The notes under the pieces: model-generated
Databases searched by the model: none
Seen by the model: the letters and a program-made list of their open reading frames with translations, nothing else
What the model was told of the DNA's origin: nothing
Part shown: in pieces, positions 28,679 through 37,949 of the stretch
Layout: every line of letters starts with the position of its first letter
Position numbering within the stretch: position 1 is the first letter of the stretch
Position numbers and translations under genes: made by a program
DNA from: an uncultured virus (IMG/VR IMGVR_UViG_2061766007_000883)
Taxonomy: Duplodnaviria > Heunggongvirae > Uroviricota > Caudoviricetes
Reading direction: 5' to 3' (one strand)
DNA length: 64,000 nt
Virus record (IMG/VR): IMGVR_UViG_2061766007_000883

Positions 28679-30649
28679 ATGGCAATCATAACGAAACTGA
28701 CAATGCACAATGTGTGCCAGTACGACGACCTGTCGGTCAATGTCGTTCCAGGCATGACGGCCGTCGTCGGGTTCAACGGCGTCGGCAAGACAAACCTCCT
28801 TCGCGGTCTCGTGTACGGGCTGACAGGAATGGTGGACGGCCTGTGGGGAAGCCAGCAGGACTTGCAGAAGGACGGCACGGCCGAGCCCGGAAGTGTGACG
28901 GTGTCGTTCATGCACGACGGAAAGGCATACCGCATCCGGCGGTTCACGGTGTCGGGCAACAAGTTCCCGGACATGGTTGTGGGCCAGGACGGCAAGGCGG
29001 TCGTGACGAACCGAAAGGCGGTCGACGCGTTCATGGAGGAAGTGTTCGGCATGCCGTGCCGTCTTATGTTCCAAGTATGCTGGGGTCGTCAGGGAGAATT
29101 GTCGCAATTGCTGACAGCGCCTCCAGCCATCATCGGCACGTTCCTGTCTCAGGTGTTCGACACACGGGCGCTCGAAGTTGTCCGGGCAAAGCTGAAATCC
29201 CAGATGGACACGGTTGCGGCGCTTCCGTCCGCACAGGAGTCCATAGATGAATACAAACGGTTGCTGGCCGCCTTGAAGTCCGATGAGGATTTGCAGAAGG
29301 AAGTGGACGACGCGCGGGCGGCCAAGGAGGACGCCGAGCGGACGCTGGAGAACTTCAATTCAATGGCCATGCAGGGCATGACGGCGACGCGCAAGCAGGA
29401 TATTCTTGCCGGGCTTGAAAGAGCAAGGCAGTCCGAGCTGGCGCTGGTGCAGATGTACCACGATGTGGAAGACCTGCATGTCGATGACGCACTCACGGTG
29501 CAGGACGCCACGGCCGAAGTCGAGAAGGCCACCAACGAGAATGTCAAGGCGGCGTCCGCGCTGCATCTTGCCGAGCTCGCCAGAAGCGGAGCGGAAGCCA
29601 GGCTCCAGGAACTGAACAAGGAACTGGAGAAGCACCGGGCCGATGTCAAGGCAGTCACGGACAAGCTGGAGGACAAGCACGCCGAATGTCCGCTGTGCGG
29701 CCGTCCGATGCAAGACACGCAGTTCACTGACAAGCTGTGCAAGTACCTGACAGGTTTCGACACGACCGTTGCGTATCTTGAAAGCATGTTGGAGAAGGAC
29801 AAGCGCATCAGCGGTGAAATCGAGAACATGCAAAAGTTGTTCGAGCGCAACGCGAAGGCGGAGGAGGAGGCCAGGAACGCCAAGACAAACGCGGAACGTG
29901 CGTACGATGTGGCGGTGGACGCCCGTCGTGTCGTGCTTCTGCGGGAGGCGAAGGCGAGACTGGCCAAATGCGAGGACGACATCCGTGTCGTGTCCGACGT
30001 GAAGCCCATAGAGGGCGACCCGGAGGCGTCACGCAGGGCGTTGCAGGCCGTTGTGGACGAGGCATCCAAACGGCTTGTGGAGGCCATGGCGGCGGCCGAG
30101 ACGGCGAAAACGCAGAGGGCGTTGTACCAGGAGGCGTTGAAATCCGCGACCGAGGCGCAGGACAAGCACGAGACGAACAAGCTGGCAAGGCAGACGCTTA
30201 GCGACTTGCGCGACGTGTTTGCGCAACAGCATGCGCAAGCCAGGTACATGAAGGCGAGAATCGGCCAGCTGAACGACGTGCTGGAACGGTATGTCGCGTT
30301 GACGGGAATGCCGTTCACGCTGCGTCTCGACGAGGCGAAACGGCTGTTCGTCTACACGACCGAGGACGGCTACGACCATCCTGTCGGGCATCTGTCAGGC
30401 GCCCAGCGGGCCATGGCGTCCGTCGCGTTGCAGATGGCGCTGTTCGATGTCATGCAACCAAACATGAACTTGTACCTGATTGACGAGCCGACCGAGCCGC
30501 TGGACGAAGGGAACAAGCAGATTATGGCCGAGATGTTCGGGCGCATGAACGCCCTGCTTCCGGCAGTCGACGGGGTGATGTTCATCGTGACGAGGGACAC
30601 GCCCATCATCGAGGGATGCACAAGTGTCGTGGAGGCAGGACGGCAATGA
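28679..30649 (+). CDS. sbcC: SbcC/Rad50-like SMC ATPase
   Basis: Walker A GFNGVGKTN, zinc hook CPLCG, signature LSGAQ, Walker B LIDEP, long coiled coils. Confidence 0.9.
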   Translation: MAIITKLTMHNVCQYDDLSVNVVPGMTAVVGFNGVGKTNLLRGLVYGLTGMVDGLWGSQQDLQKDGTAEPGSVTVSFMHDGKAYRIRRFTVSGNKFPDMVVGQDGKAVVTNRKAVDAFMEEVFGMPCRLMFQVCWGRQGELSQLLTAPPAIIGTFLSQVFDTRALEVVRAKLKSQMDTVAALPSAQESIDEYKRLLAALKSDEDLQKEVDDARAAKEDAERTLENFNSMAMQGMTATRKQDILAGLERARQSELALVQMYHDVEDLHVDDALTVQDATAEVEKATNENVKAASALHLAELARSGAEARLQELNKELEKHRADVKAVTDKLEDKHAECPLCGRPMQDTQFTDKLCKYLTGFDTTVAYLESMLEKDKRISGEIENMQKLFERNAKAEEEARNAKTNAERAYDVAVDARRVVLLREAKARLAKCEDDIRVVSDVKPIEGDPEASRRALQAVVDEASKRLVEAMAAAETAKTQRALYQEALKSATEAQDKHETNKLARQTLSDLRDVFAQQHAQARYMKARIGQLNDVLERYVALTGMPFTLRLDEAKRLFVYTTEDGYDHPVGHLSGAQRAMASVALQMALFDVMQPNMNLYLIDEPTEPLDEGNKQIMAEMFGRMNALLPAVDGVMFIVTRDTPIIEGCTSVVEAGRQ

Positions 30650-32220
30650 GAGTGACGTTATCAGACCCGCTCGTTATGGTGGAAGGATGGACAGGGGATT
30701 TGGACAAGGCGGGTGAATACACGTTAAGAATACACAAGACCCCTGATGAGCTCAGACTTGAGAAAGAGGAACTGAAACGGCTGGGGCTTGACCACGACGA
30801 TCCGGTCACCGGACGCAAGGCCAAGCATATAAACCAGTACCACAACTATGCAAGAACATGCATCAGCCACGCTCCAGGCAGGACGGATGTCGCGTACTTC
30901 CTGCCTGGCTTGTGGCCGCGCATCAAGCAGATGCTGGATGGGAAGGGTGAACGGTATGAAATCGTGGACAAGCGGAATCCGGCCATACGGCCTCCGCTCG
31001 ACTACACGGCGTTCAACGGGGTCACGTTCCGCGAGACGCAGGACATGGCCGTCGCCCTTATCAGCCAGCTGGACTGCGGCATTATCGAGACCACAACCGG
31101 ATACGGTAAATCCATGTTAATCAGCTTGTTGTGCAAGGCGTACCCGACGTTGAACATCGTCGTGGCGACATCATCGACACGTGTCGTGTCGACTTTGTAC
31201 GAGTATCTGTGCAAGACAATACCCGGACAGGTCGGCATGCTTGGCGCAGGGCGCGACACCACAAGCGGCAAACGCGTGGTGTGCACGACATTGAAATCGC
31301 TTGGCAACATACCGCCTGAGAAGGTTCAGTTAGTATTTGTAGACGAATGCCACGCAGTGGGGGATAACCTGGCAGGCGCGGACTTGATGAAGTTCAAATG
31401 GGCAAGACGGTTCGGTTTCTCCGCGTCGCCTGTGCGGAACGACGGGTCGGCCCGTGTCATGGAGGCGTTGCTGGGACCGACGATTCTAAAGATGACATAT
31501 CAAGAGGCGGCAGACGCAGGCATGGTGACACCGATGAAATACCTTATGCTTCCGTGCAACGCCTGCCCGCAGGTGGCATTGAAGCGAGGCATCGGCGATT
31601 TCGCCTTGAGACGCTGGTCGTACTGGCGTAACAAGTCACGGAATGGCGTCATTCGCAGTTTTGTAATGGATTTGAAGAAGCGCTACGATGGACAGATATT
31701 GATAATGGTAAGCACGATGGAGCATGCCATAGCGTTGCATTTGATGCTTCCGTGGTTTGTCGTGGCGCATGGTGAAAATTTCAACAAGGAAAAGCTGGAA
31801 ACGGCTTTCCCAGCTGAAAAGTATCCGAGCCTGAATTTGGAGCAGTACAAGCTGAACACCAAGCAGATGGAACGGATGCAAGGGGCTTTTGCGAAAGGCA
31901 CGCTTCGGTATGTCATCGCGACGAAGTCATGGAAGCAAGGTGTTAATTTCGAGCACCTCGCGGTGATTGTCAGGGCGGACGGCGACGTGTCCGACATTGA
32001 ATGCATACAGATTCCAGGCAGAGCTTCCCGTCTTGACAACGAGAAGGAGTGGGCTTATCTTGTAGACATTCTGGATTTGTTCAGCCCCTGGGCCACCCAA
32101 CGGGCGAATGCGCGAATAGAGGAGTACGAAAACCAGCAGTGGAAGCAAATAAACTACATGGAGATGATGAATGGTATCGGTAGAACAGCTACAACGCACG
32201 ATGACCAGCCTGCTGGGTGA
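30646..32220 (+). CDS. superfamily 2 helicase (UvsW-like)
   Basis: TGYGKS, VDECH, SASP and QIPGRASR motifs. Confidence 0.85.
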   Translation: MRVTLSDPLVMVEGWTGDLDKAGEYTLRIHKTPDELRLEKEELKRLGLDHDDPVTGRKAKHINQYHNYARTCISHAPGRTDVAYFLPGLWPRIKQMLDGKGERYEIVDKRNPAIRPPLDYTAFNGVTFRETQDMAVALISQLDCGIIETTTGYGKSMLISLLCKAYPTLNIVVATSSTRVVSTLYEYLCKTIPGQVGMLGAGRDTTSGKRVVCTTLKSLGNIPPEKVQLVFVDECHAVGDNLAGADLMKFKWARRFGFSASPVRNDGSARVMEALLGPTILKMTYQEAADAGMVTPMKYLMLPCNACPQVALKRGIGDFALRRWSYWRNKSRNGVIRSFVMDLKKRYDGQILIMVSTMEHAIALHLMLPWFVVAHGENFNKEKLETAFPAEKYPSLNLEQYKLNTKQMERMQGAFAKGTLRYVIATKSWKQGVNFEHLAVIVRADGDVSDIECIQIPGRASRLDNEKEWAYLVDILDLFSPWATQRANARIEEYENQQWKQINYMEMMNGIGRTATTHDDQPAG

Positions 32221-32694
32221 CGCCGTCCCAAGGGATTTCCCGTTCGGGAAGGTGTCGCAGATGCTCTGTGCCTACGAGGCGGAGTACGGGTTGACGCTGA
32301 GTGCGTATGGTTACGTCAGATGGGCGATAGACCACTATGGATACAAGTGTCTGTTCAAGAACCTGATGGCGTCCGACAAGGTTGTTGGTGATTATGCGAA
32401 GGAAGCTCTCAAGTACATGGAGGACATGCCGCTGATGCTCAACAACGCAATCATGTACGCGAACCAGCTGATGGCGAACATAGCCGACCAGGCCGTGTGC
32501 ATGAAGCAATTGGAAGGGATGACATTCCCGTATGTCCTTTATACGTTCTTCGCGGCGGGNNNNNNNNNNNNNNNNNNNNNNNNNNNNNNNNNNNNNAGGA
32601 GCAGATGCTCCGATATCCATCGACATTGGACAAACTGCCTGAATCATTCAAGGCAGTCGGAAGGGAGATTCTAAATGCAGACGCTGAACAATAA
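32171..32694 (+). CDS. hypothetical protein (spans N gap)
   Basis: MVSVEQ... continues as EQMLRYP...ADAEQ* after the gap. Confidence 0.5.
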
Positions 32695-35194
32695 CGACCT
32701 GGCGTTCCTGGCCATGCTTGGGCATCCTGAACTGACGGTCAAGGTGCTCAAGCTGTATGCACAGAAGACATTCCTGTTTACGGAAATGTTCTGTCCGCAT
32801 CTGAACGCGATGTGGAACGAATACGTGAAACTTCTCGGAAAGTACAAGAAGGAGTACGGTTTCAACATAAGCCGTGACATCATAGCGGCGGGGCTCGTCG
32901 AGGCCATAGAAGGCGACGCGAGGATGCCGGAGGAATTGAAGGATAAGTGCGACACCATCCTGCAGCGTCTTGCCGCAGGCGACGTGCCGGACTTGGAGAC
33001 GGGCAACAAGCTGGTTGGACATCTTGTCCAGATGGAGGGAAACAGGCGGCTCATGGCGAAGGCCAATGCGAACGCCGACATCCTGACGCTGCAGCAGTCG
33101 CTGGATGCGTCGAGACGCGCCATGGAGCCGTTCAACGCAAAGGCCGAGGAGGAACATCCTGAGGACGAGATAAAAGACCCGCTGTACCATCCGTTCAAGG
33201 ACATACGCAAGCTGGCCAAGAAGGTCGTGCTCGTACCAACGGGTATAAACTGGATGGACGAGGTGTCGTCTGGCGGAGGGCGCGCCGGCGAGCTGTGGCT
33301 CATACTCGGACCCTCGGGAGGCGGCAAGTGCCATTCGCCAGAGACGGAAGTCCTCATGTACGACGGAACCTTGCGCCAGATAAAGGACGTCAAGGTTGGC
33401 GACCAGATGATGGGGCCGGACTCGAAGCCGAGGACTGTCAAGAGCACGACACAAGGCACAGGTGAAATGTACCTTGTCAAGATGAACAAAGGCGAGTCCT
33501 ACAAGTGCAATGCTGACCATACGATGACGCTTGCCGTGGTGAATGCCGATGGCATGCGCTACAATGGTGTCAAGTACAATCAGGGAGACCTGGTGGACGT
33601 CACGGTGCATGAATATCTTGGAATGAGCAAGAACATGCGCAATAAGTTGAAGCATACACGGGCTCAGGTGGAGTTCCAGCCAAGGCAGGAGCCAGCGCTT
33701 GACCCTTATTTCGTCGGAGTGTATCTAGGCGACGGCAATAGCCGGTTCGCAGGTATTACGACAGGCGACGCCTGTGTATGTGAGTATTGTCTGGGTATAA
33801 GCGGACAATATGGATGGAAATGCACGATAAAAGGAGAAAAAGGAGCGAATGCATGGCGTATAAACATCAGCAATCCAGACGAATGGCATAAGAAACGCGG
33901 AAAATCAGCCTGGGAAATCATACGGGCGAATGTCATGGCCAGAGGAATCAAGCGGATACTGGAGGCCTACAAATATGCGTCCGTAAACAACAGGCGTAGA
34001 TTGTTGGCGGGTCTGCTCGACTCCGACGGATACAACCACAACAATTCGTTCGAGATAACCCAGAAGAATAAGGACTTGGCGTATGACATCGTATTCGTGG
34101 CCAGGTCGCTTGGGTATCTTGTGTCCATTCGCGAATGCCATAAGAAATGCACCAACACAGGAGCCATCGGTCTTTATTACAGGATAACCATATCAGGCAA
34201 TTTCAAGGATTTGCCAATGCAGGTTCCGCACAAGATAGCGCATCAGCCTGAAGGTGTAGGACATGTGACGACAGGTTTCAAAATCGAGCCACTCGGGAAA
34301 GGCCCGTACGCGGGCGTCGAGCTGGACGGCGACGGCCGGTACCTGCTCGGCGATTTCACCATCACGCACAACAGCATGCTGACCGTCCAGTACGCCTGTG
34401 CGCAAGCCATGCTCGGCAACAACACGATGTGGGTAACCTACGAGCAGTCGCTTGAGGGCGACCTGGCGGAGCGCATGATTGCGAACATAACGGATGAAAG
34501 CCTTGACCACATCCGCGACATCGGATTCGATAACTTGCCTGAGAGCTTGCAGCAGCGGTTCCTGGACTCAGTGGCAGGGGNNNNNNNNNNNNNNNNNNNN
34601 NNNNNNNNNNNNNNNNNNNNNNNNNNNNCGGACGACTACGGCGGAATACGCTCGATATGGAAGCAGTTCAACCGGGAAAAGGAAGCCGGGCGGAAGCCGA
34701 AGACGGTCATCATCGACTGGTTCGGTTCCATGCTAATCAAAGTAGCCGGAAAGCTGGGAGTGGATTTGGAGAAACGGTACAGGTTCCTCGCGCAGGCGGA
34801 AATCGACATCGCGCTTGAATTTGCCAAGAAGGAACAGGTGCTGGTCATATTCCTACATCAGCTGGACGTGAAAGGAACAAGCGCAAGGCCTACCTACATG
34901 GCCACGGCCGCGCAGGCGCAGAACATGCACAACATGCAGGACTTCTTCACGCTTGTTTTCGTGATGGGCGTGAGGGACAGCCACGACGTGTGCTGGTTCC
35001 ATAGCGGAAAGGCTCGAAAGAGCAAGAAGGTCGCCAGAACGCTTCGGCTGATTGGCGACAAGGCGAAGTTCATCATGGAGAACGGATGGCTGCCTGACAA
35101 GAAAGGCGAGTTCTACAAGGCCGGAAGCGATACAGCTGGCCTGTCTGGTGACTTCCATGGATTGGCGGAAAACTACACGAGGGAAGTTGAATGA
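32675..35194 (+). CDS. dnaB: DnaB-like replicative helicase containing an intein
   Basis: Walker A GPSGGGK|S interrupted by the intein; TYE, VIIDW and LHQL match RecA-fold helicase motifs. Confidence 0.8.
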   Translation: MQTLNNNDLAFLAMLGHPELTVKVLKLYAQKTFLFTEMFCPHLNAMWNEYVKLLGKYKKEYGFNISRDIIAAGLVEAIEGDARMPEELKDKCDTILQRLAAGDVPDLETGNKLVGHLVQMEGNRRLMAKANANADILTLQQSLDASRRAMEPFNAKAEEEHPEDEIKDPLYHPFKDIRKLAKKVVLVPTGINWMDEVSSGGGRAGELWLILGPSGGGKCHSPETEVLMYDGTLRQIKDVKVGDQMMGPDSKPRTVKSTTQGTGEMYLVKMNKGESYKCNADHTMTLAVVNADGMRYNGVKYNQGDLVDVTVHEYLGMSKNMRNKLKHTRAQVEFQPRQEPALDPYFVGVYLGDGNSRFAGITTGDACVCEYCLGISGQYGWKCTIKGEKGANAWRINISNPDEWHKKRGKSAWEIIRANVMARGIKRILEAYKYASVNNRRRLLAGLLDSDGYNHNNSFEITQKNKDLAYDIVFVARSLGYLVSIRECHKKCTNTGAIGLYYRITISGNFKDLPMQVPHKIAHQPEGVGHVTTGFKIEPLGKGPYAGVELDGDGRYLLGDFTITHNSMLTVQYACAQAMLGNNTMWVTYEQSLEGDLAERMIANITDESLDHIRDIGFDNLPESLQQRFLDSVAGXXXXXXXXXXXXXXXXXDDYGGIRSIWKQFNREKEAGRKPKTVIIDWFGSMLIKVAGKLGVDLEKRYRFLAQAEIDIALEFAKKEQVLVIFLHQLDVKGTSARPTYMATAAQAQNMHNMQDFFTLVFVMGVRDSHDVCWFHSGKARKSKKVARTLRLIGDKAKFIMENGWLPDKKGEFYKAGSDTAGLSGDFHGLAENYTREVE
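33329..34372 (+). mobile_element. intein (348 aa) with LAGLIDADG homing endonuclease
   Basis: Starts CHSPETEVLMYDG, ends FTITHN followed by Ser. Contains YFVGVYLGDG and LLAGLLDSDG blocks. Confidence 0.9.
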
Positions 35195-35556
35195 TACCGG
35201 CAAACCACACAAGGCTGTGCGACGACCTGCGCCGCACATGGACGAAGAAGGACGGGGCTGTGGCCATCATGACCACGCCCGGTCGAAAGACGAAGCTCAG
35301 GGTGTGCGTCAGCGGGCAGTCGAACGGCCTGCGGGCGTACACATGCGTCATATGGCTATTGGGTGACATCATCTACCAGGGACCGATGGAATCATCCGAC
35401 ATGCGGGAGATTCTGACGCTCCATGGCGTGTGCCGTGGCGAGGTGACACGCGCAGCAGACCTGAATGACGGCGAGGAGAAGCGCGGGACATGCTACGGCA
35501 TGGGAACCGCCAAGCACTGCGCCAAGTGCAAGGCGCTGAGGTGCGGGAATGCTTAA
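35191..35556 (+). CDS. hypothetical protein
   Basis: ORF overlapping both neighbours. Confidence 0.45.
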   Translation: MIPANHTRLCDDLRRTWTKKDGAVAIMTTPGRKTKLRVCVSGQSNGLRAYTCVIWLLGDIIYQGPMESSDMREILTLHGVCRGEVTRAADLNDGEEKRGTCYGMGTAKHCAKCKALRCGNA

Positions 35557-36703
35557 CGAGTTCCTGTACAACGCGCTTGTCCGGGCGTTTGGCACAGTCG
35601 AGATAGAGAACGAGGACGTGTCGGCCGACATTGAAATCGACCGCACGTCCCGTTATTCGACGGCGTGGCGTATGGCGGACAACGGGGAACACGGCGAGCA
35701 GTACCGTGTCAACTGCCCGTTCTGCAAAGGTCGGGACGGACAGCCCGACAGCAATCATCATCTGTACATATCCTATTTGTCCTATGCGCGGCCTGTGGTC
35801 AATGGCGTTGAATTGATGCAGGGTCCGCTGTTCGCGCACTGCTTCCGGCGCAACTGCATGGAGGACAAGGACAACAGGATTGAGTTGGAGCACCTTATAG
35901 GAATGGGCATGTCCTGCATAGGCGACGGCATGGCCACGGGTGCCCCCGTGGACATGGACAAAGGGTTCACGGCCGAGGAGCTTTACAAGACATCCAACGA
36001 ACTGACACTGGATGGTGTCCGCACATGGGTGCCAGGGTTCCAATGGTGCGAGGACGGCATGGATTCCGACATAGCGGAGTATCTTGCAGGACGAGGGCTC
36101 GATATGAACACCCTTGTCAAGTTCCACGTCGGGTGGGGCCCTGTGGAGACACCGAAAACAGGAAAGAAGCTGAACGGTGGCGTTCCATGGGTCGTCATCC
36201 CGATTGTCATGAACGGGAAACTGAAAGGCGTGCAGGCGCGCTGTCCGGACAAGTTCGTCACGGAGGACGGCCTGCGCTACTGGATACATCCTGGCATGCG
36301 GAAGAAGACCGTTCTGTACAATCTGGATTCCGCACGAGGCCTCGGACTGGCCGTCCTGTGCGAAGGCGTGTTCGATGTCTTCAAGATAGGGGCGCCAGGC
36401 GTATGCATGTTCGGCCATACGCCGTCCGTCGCGCAGAAACGGCTGGTGACTACGTCAGGCGACTGTCTGATATGGCTGCCGGACACGGATGCGCATGAAG
36501 ACTTCGATACGGTGGCAGAGGCGGTCGAACAGGCTAAAGCATGGTCCGACGCAGGAATATTCAGGCTTGGGGCTCATGTCGTCAGGCTTCCCGCGAAGGA
36601 CGCGGGCGACATGGCAAGGCAGGACGTGTGGATTGAGATTCTCAGGCAGGTTCCGCCGCACGTACAGGATTTCATCATGGAAAGGATTATAGACAGACTA
36701 TGA
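35549..36703 (+). CDS. DnaG-like primase (Zn-binding plus TOPRIM)
   Basis: CPFC...HCFRRNC zinc domain, CEGVFD, PDTD and KDAGD motifs. Confidence 0.8.
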   Translation: MLNEFLYNALVRAFGTVEIENEDVSADIEIDRTSRYSTAWRMADNGEHGEQYRVNCPFCKGRDGQPDSNHHLYISYLSYARPVVNGVELMQGPLFAHCFRRNCMEDKDNRIELEHLIGMGMSCIGDGMATGAPVDMDKGFTAEELYKTSNELTLDGVRTWVPGFQWCEDGMDSDIAEYLAGRGLDMNTLVKFHVGWGPVETPKTGKKLNGGVPWVVIPIVMNGKLKGVQARCPDKFVTEDGLRYWIHPGMRKKTVLYNLDSARGLGLAVLCEGVFDVFKIGAPGVCMFGHTPSVAQKRLVTTSGDCLIWLPDTDAHEDFDTVAEAVEQAKAWSDAGIFRLGAHVVRLPAKDAGDMARQDVWIEILRQVPPHVQDFIMERIIDRL

Positions 36704-36897
36704 AAATCATGGCAATATTAATCATGGCGGCGTCCATGCTCGGATGCCGTGCGGTGCAGGAAGTGGAGTGGCATGAGAACGGGCAGGTGAAGGCTGTGCG
36801 CTACTACAGGCGAGGGCAGACTTCCATCAAGATGTTTTGCTACGACACGGACAACCACAACCAGTCCCAGACGCTGCCTCCAAAGGAGTCAAAATGA
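36700..36897 (+). CDS. small lipoprotein-like protein
   Basis: Signal-peptide-like MKIMAILIMAASMLGC ending in a lipobox-like LGC. Confidence 0.45.
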   Translation: MKIMAILIMAASMLGCRAVQEVEWHENGQVKAVRYYRRGQTSIKMFCYDTDNHNQSQTLPPKESK

Positions 36898-37475
36898 CGG
36901 AACCGGAAAACGAGCTCACATGGAGGGCATTTACAGGCAGGATAAACTGTCAGCTGCATGATACGACGCTTGTCCTGCAGGACACGTTCGGGCTGGAAGG
37001 CGAACCTAACGGAAAGATTCAGATGGACATGCTGAAAGCGTGCTACGATGTTGTATGCAAGGCATGTGATTTGTTCAAGTCAAAAGGACTTGTCGCGAAA
37101 GTACGCGAGACTGGCAACGAGACAGTTGAGCTCATGCGGACAGCTACAGTGATGATTGAGGCAGAACACGCGCACGATCCGTCTTTCCCGTGTGTCGTGA
37201 CTGTGACAATCAAGCAGGGCGACCGTGTTCGATTGAAATGGCGGCAGGAGGCGGATGACGAGCACGTCGAATCCGTTAAACCGGAACTTATCATTGTGCC
37301 TGATGTGCAGAGCCTGTACTGGGTGTACACACGTCTCCCGAAACTTGTCAGGTACGAGGAGAACGAGGCGCTGCTGGACAGGCCTGTCGTCAGGAACGTA
37401 TGGAAGGCATGCGCGTCCGTCGGGATGCCTGACGGCTACATGTATGCAAGCGAAGGGTTTTCACAACAGAAGTGA
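36894..37475 (+). CDS. hypothetical protein
   Basis: AAGGAG RBS before MTEPEN. Confidence 0.6.
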   Translation: MTEPENELTWRAFTGRINCQLHDTTLVLQDTFGLEGEPNGKIQMDMLKACYDVVCKACDLFKSKGLVAKVRETGNETVELMRTATVMIEAEHAHDPSFPCVVTVTIKQGDRVRLKWRQEADDEHVESVKPELIIVPDVQSLYWVYTRLPKLVRYEENEALLDRPVVRNVWKACASVGMPDGYMYASEGFSQQK

Positions 37476-37483
37476 GGAGCATT

Positions 37484-37933
37484 ATGGAAATCGCAATAGG
37501 AAGAGCCGAGCCCCACGACGAGCCGCATGACGAGCCGGAGGACAACGGCTGGTCGGAGGCAGAGAAGGGCATGATAGCCGCGTTCACGCAGAAGGCAGGC
37601 CAGCTTCCGTGGCCGTTGAAGACAATAGAGCTCGGCAATGGATGCCATGAGCAGGTGTACGACATTCCTGAGGACAAGATGTACGATGCGGTTGTGCAAT
37701 GCTGGCCGTTCACGGATGATTCCATTCCTCCGCGTGGCGGCGAGCTGTTCGATATACATGAGCATAAGCGTGTCGTCATTGACAAGTGCCTCATCCTGAG
37801 GTTCAAGGAACGGAACATAGTTGTCAGTCCGTATTACGCCAAGTCAGGCGGTACCGTCATCGACCTGGTGCACTACGATGACAAGAGTCATGAGCCAGGT
37901 GAGCTCATTGTGTACAAGAGTGAATTAAAATGA
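37484..37933 (+). CDS. hypothetical protein
   Basis: GAGGAG RBS before MEIAIG. Confidence 0.6.
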   Translation: MEIAIGRAEPHDEPHDEPEDNGWSEAEKGMIAAFTQKAGQLPWPLKTIELGNGCHEQVYDIPEDKMYDAVVQCWPFTDDSIPPRGGELFDIHEHKRVVIDKCLILRFKERNIVVSPYYAKSGGTVIDLVHYDDKSHEPGELIVYKSELK

Positions 37934-37949
37934 AAGGAGTAGCCATGAC

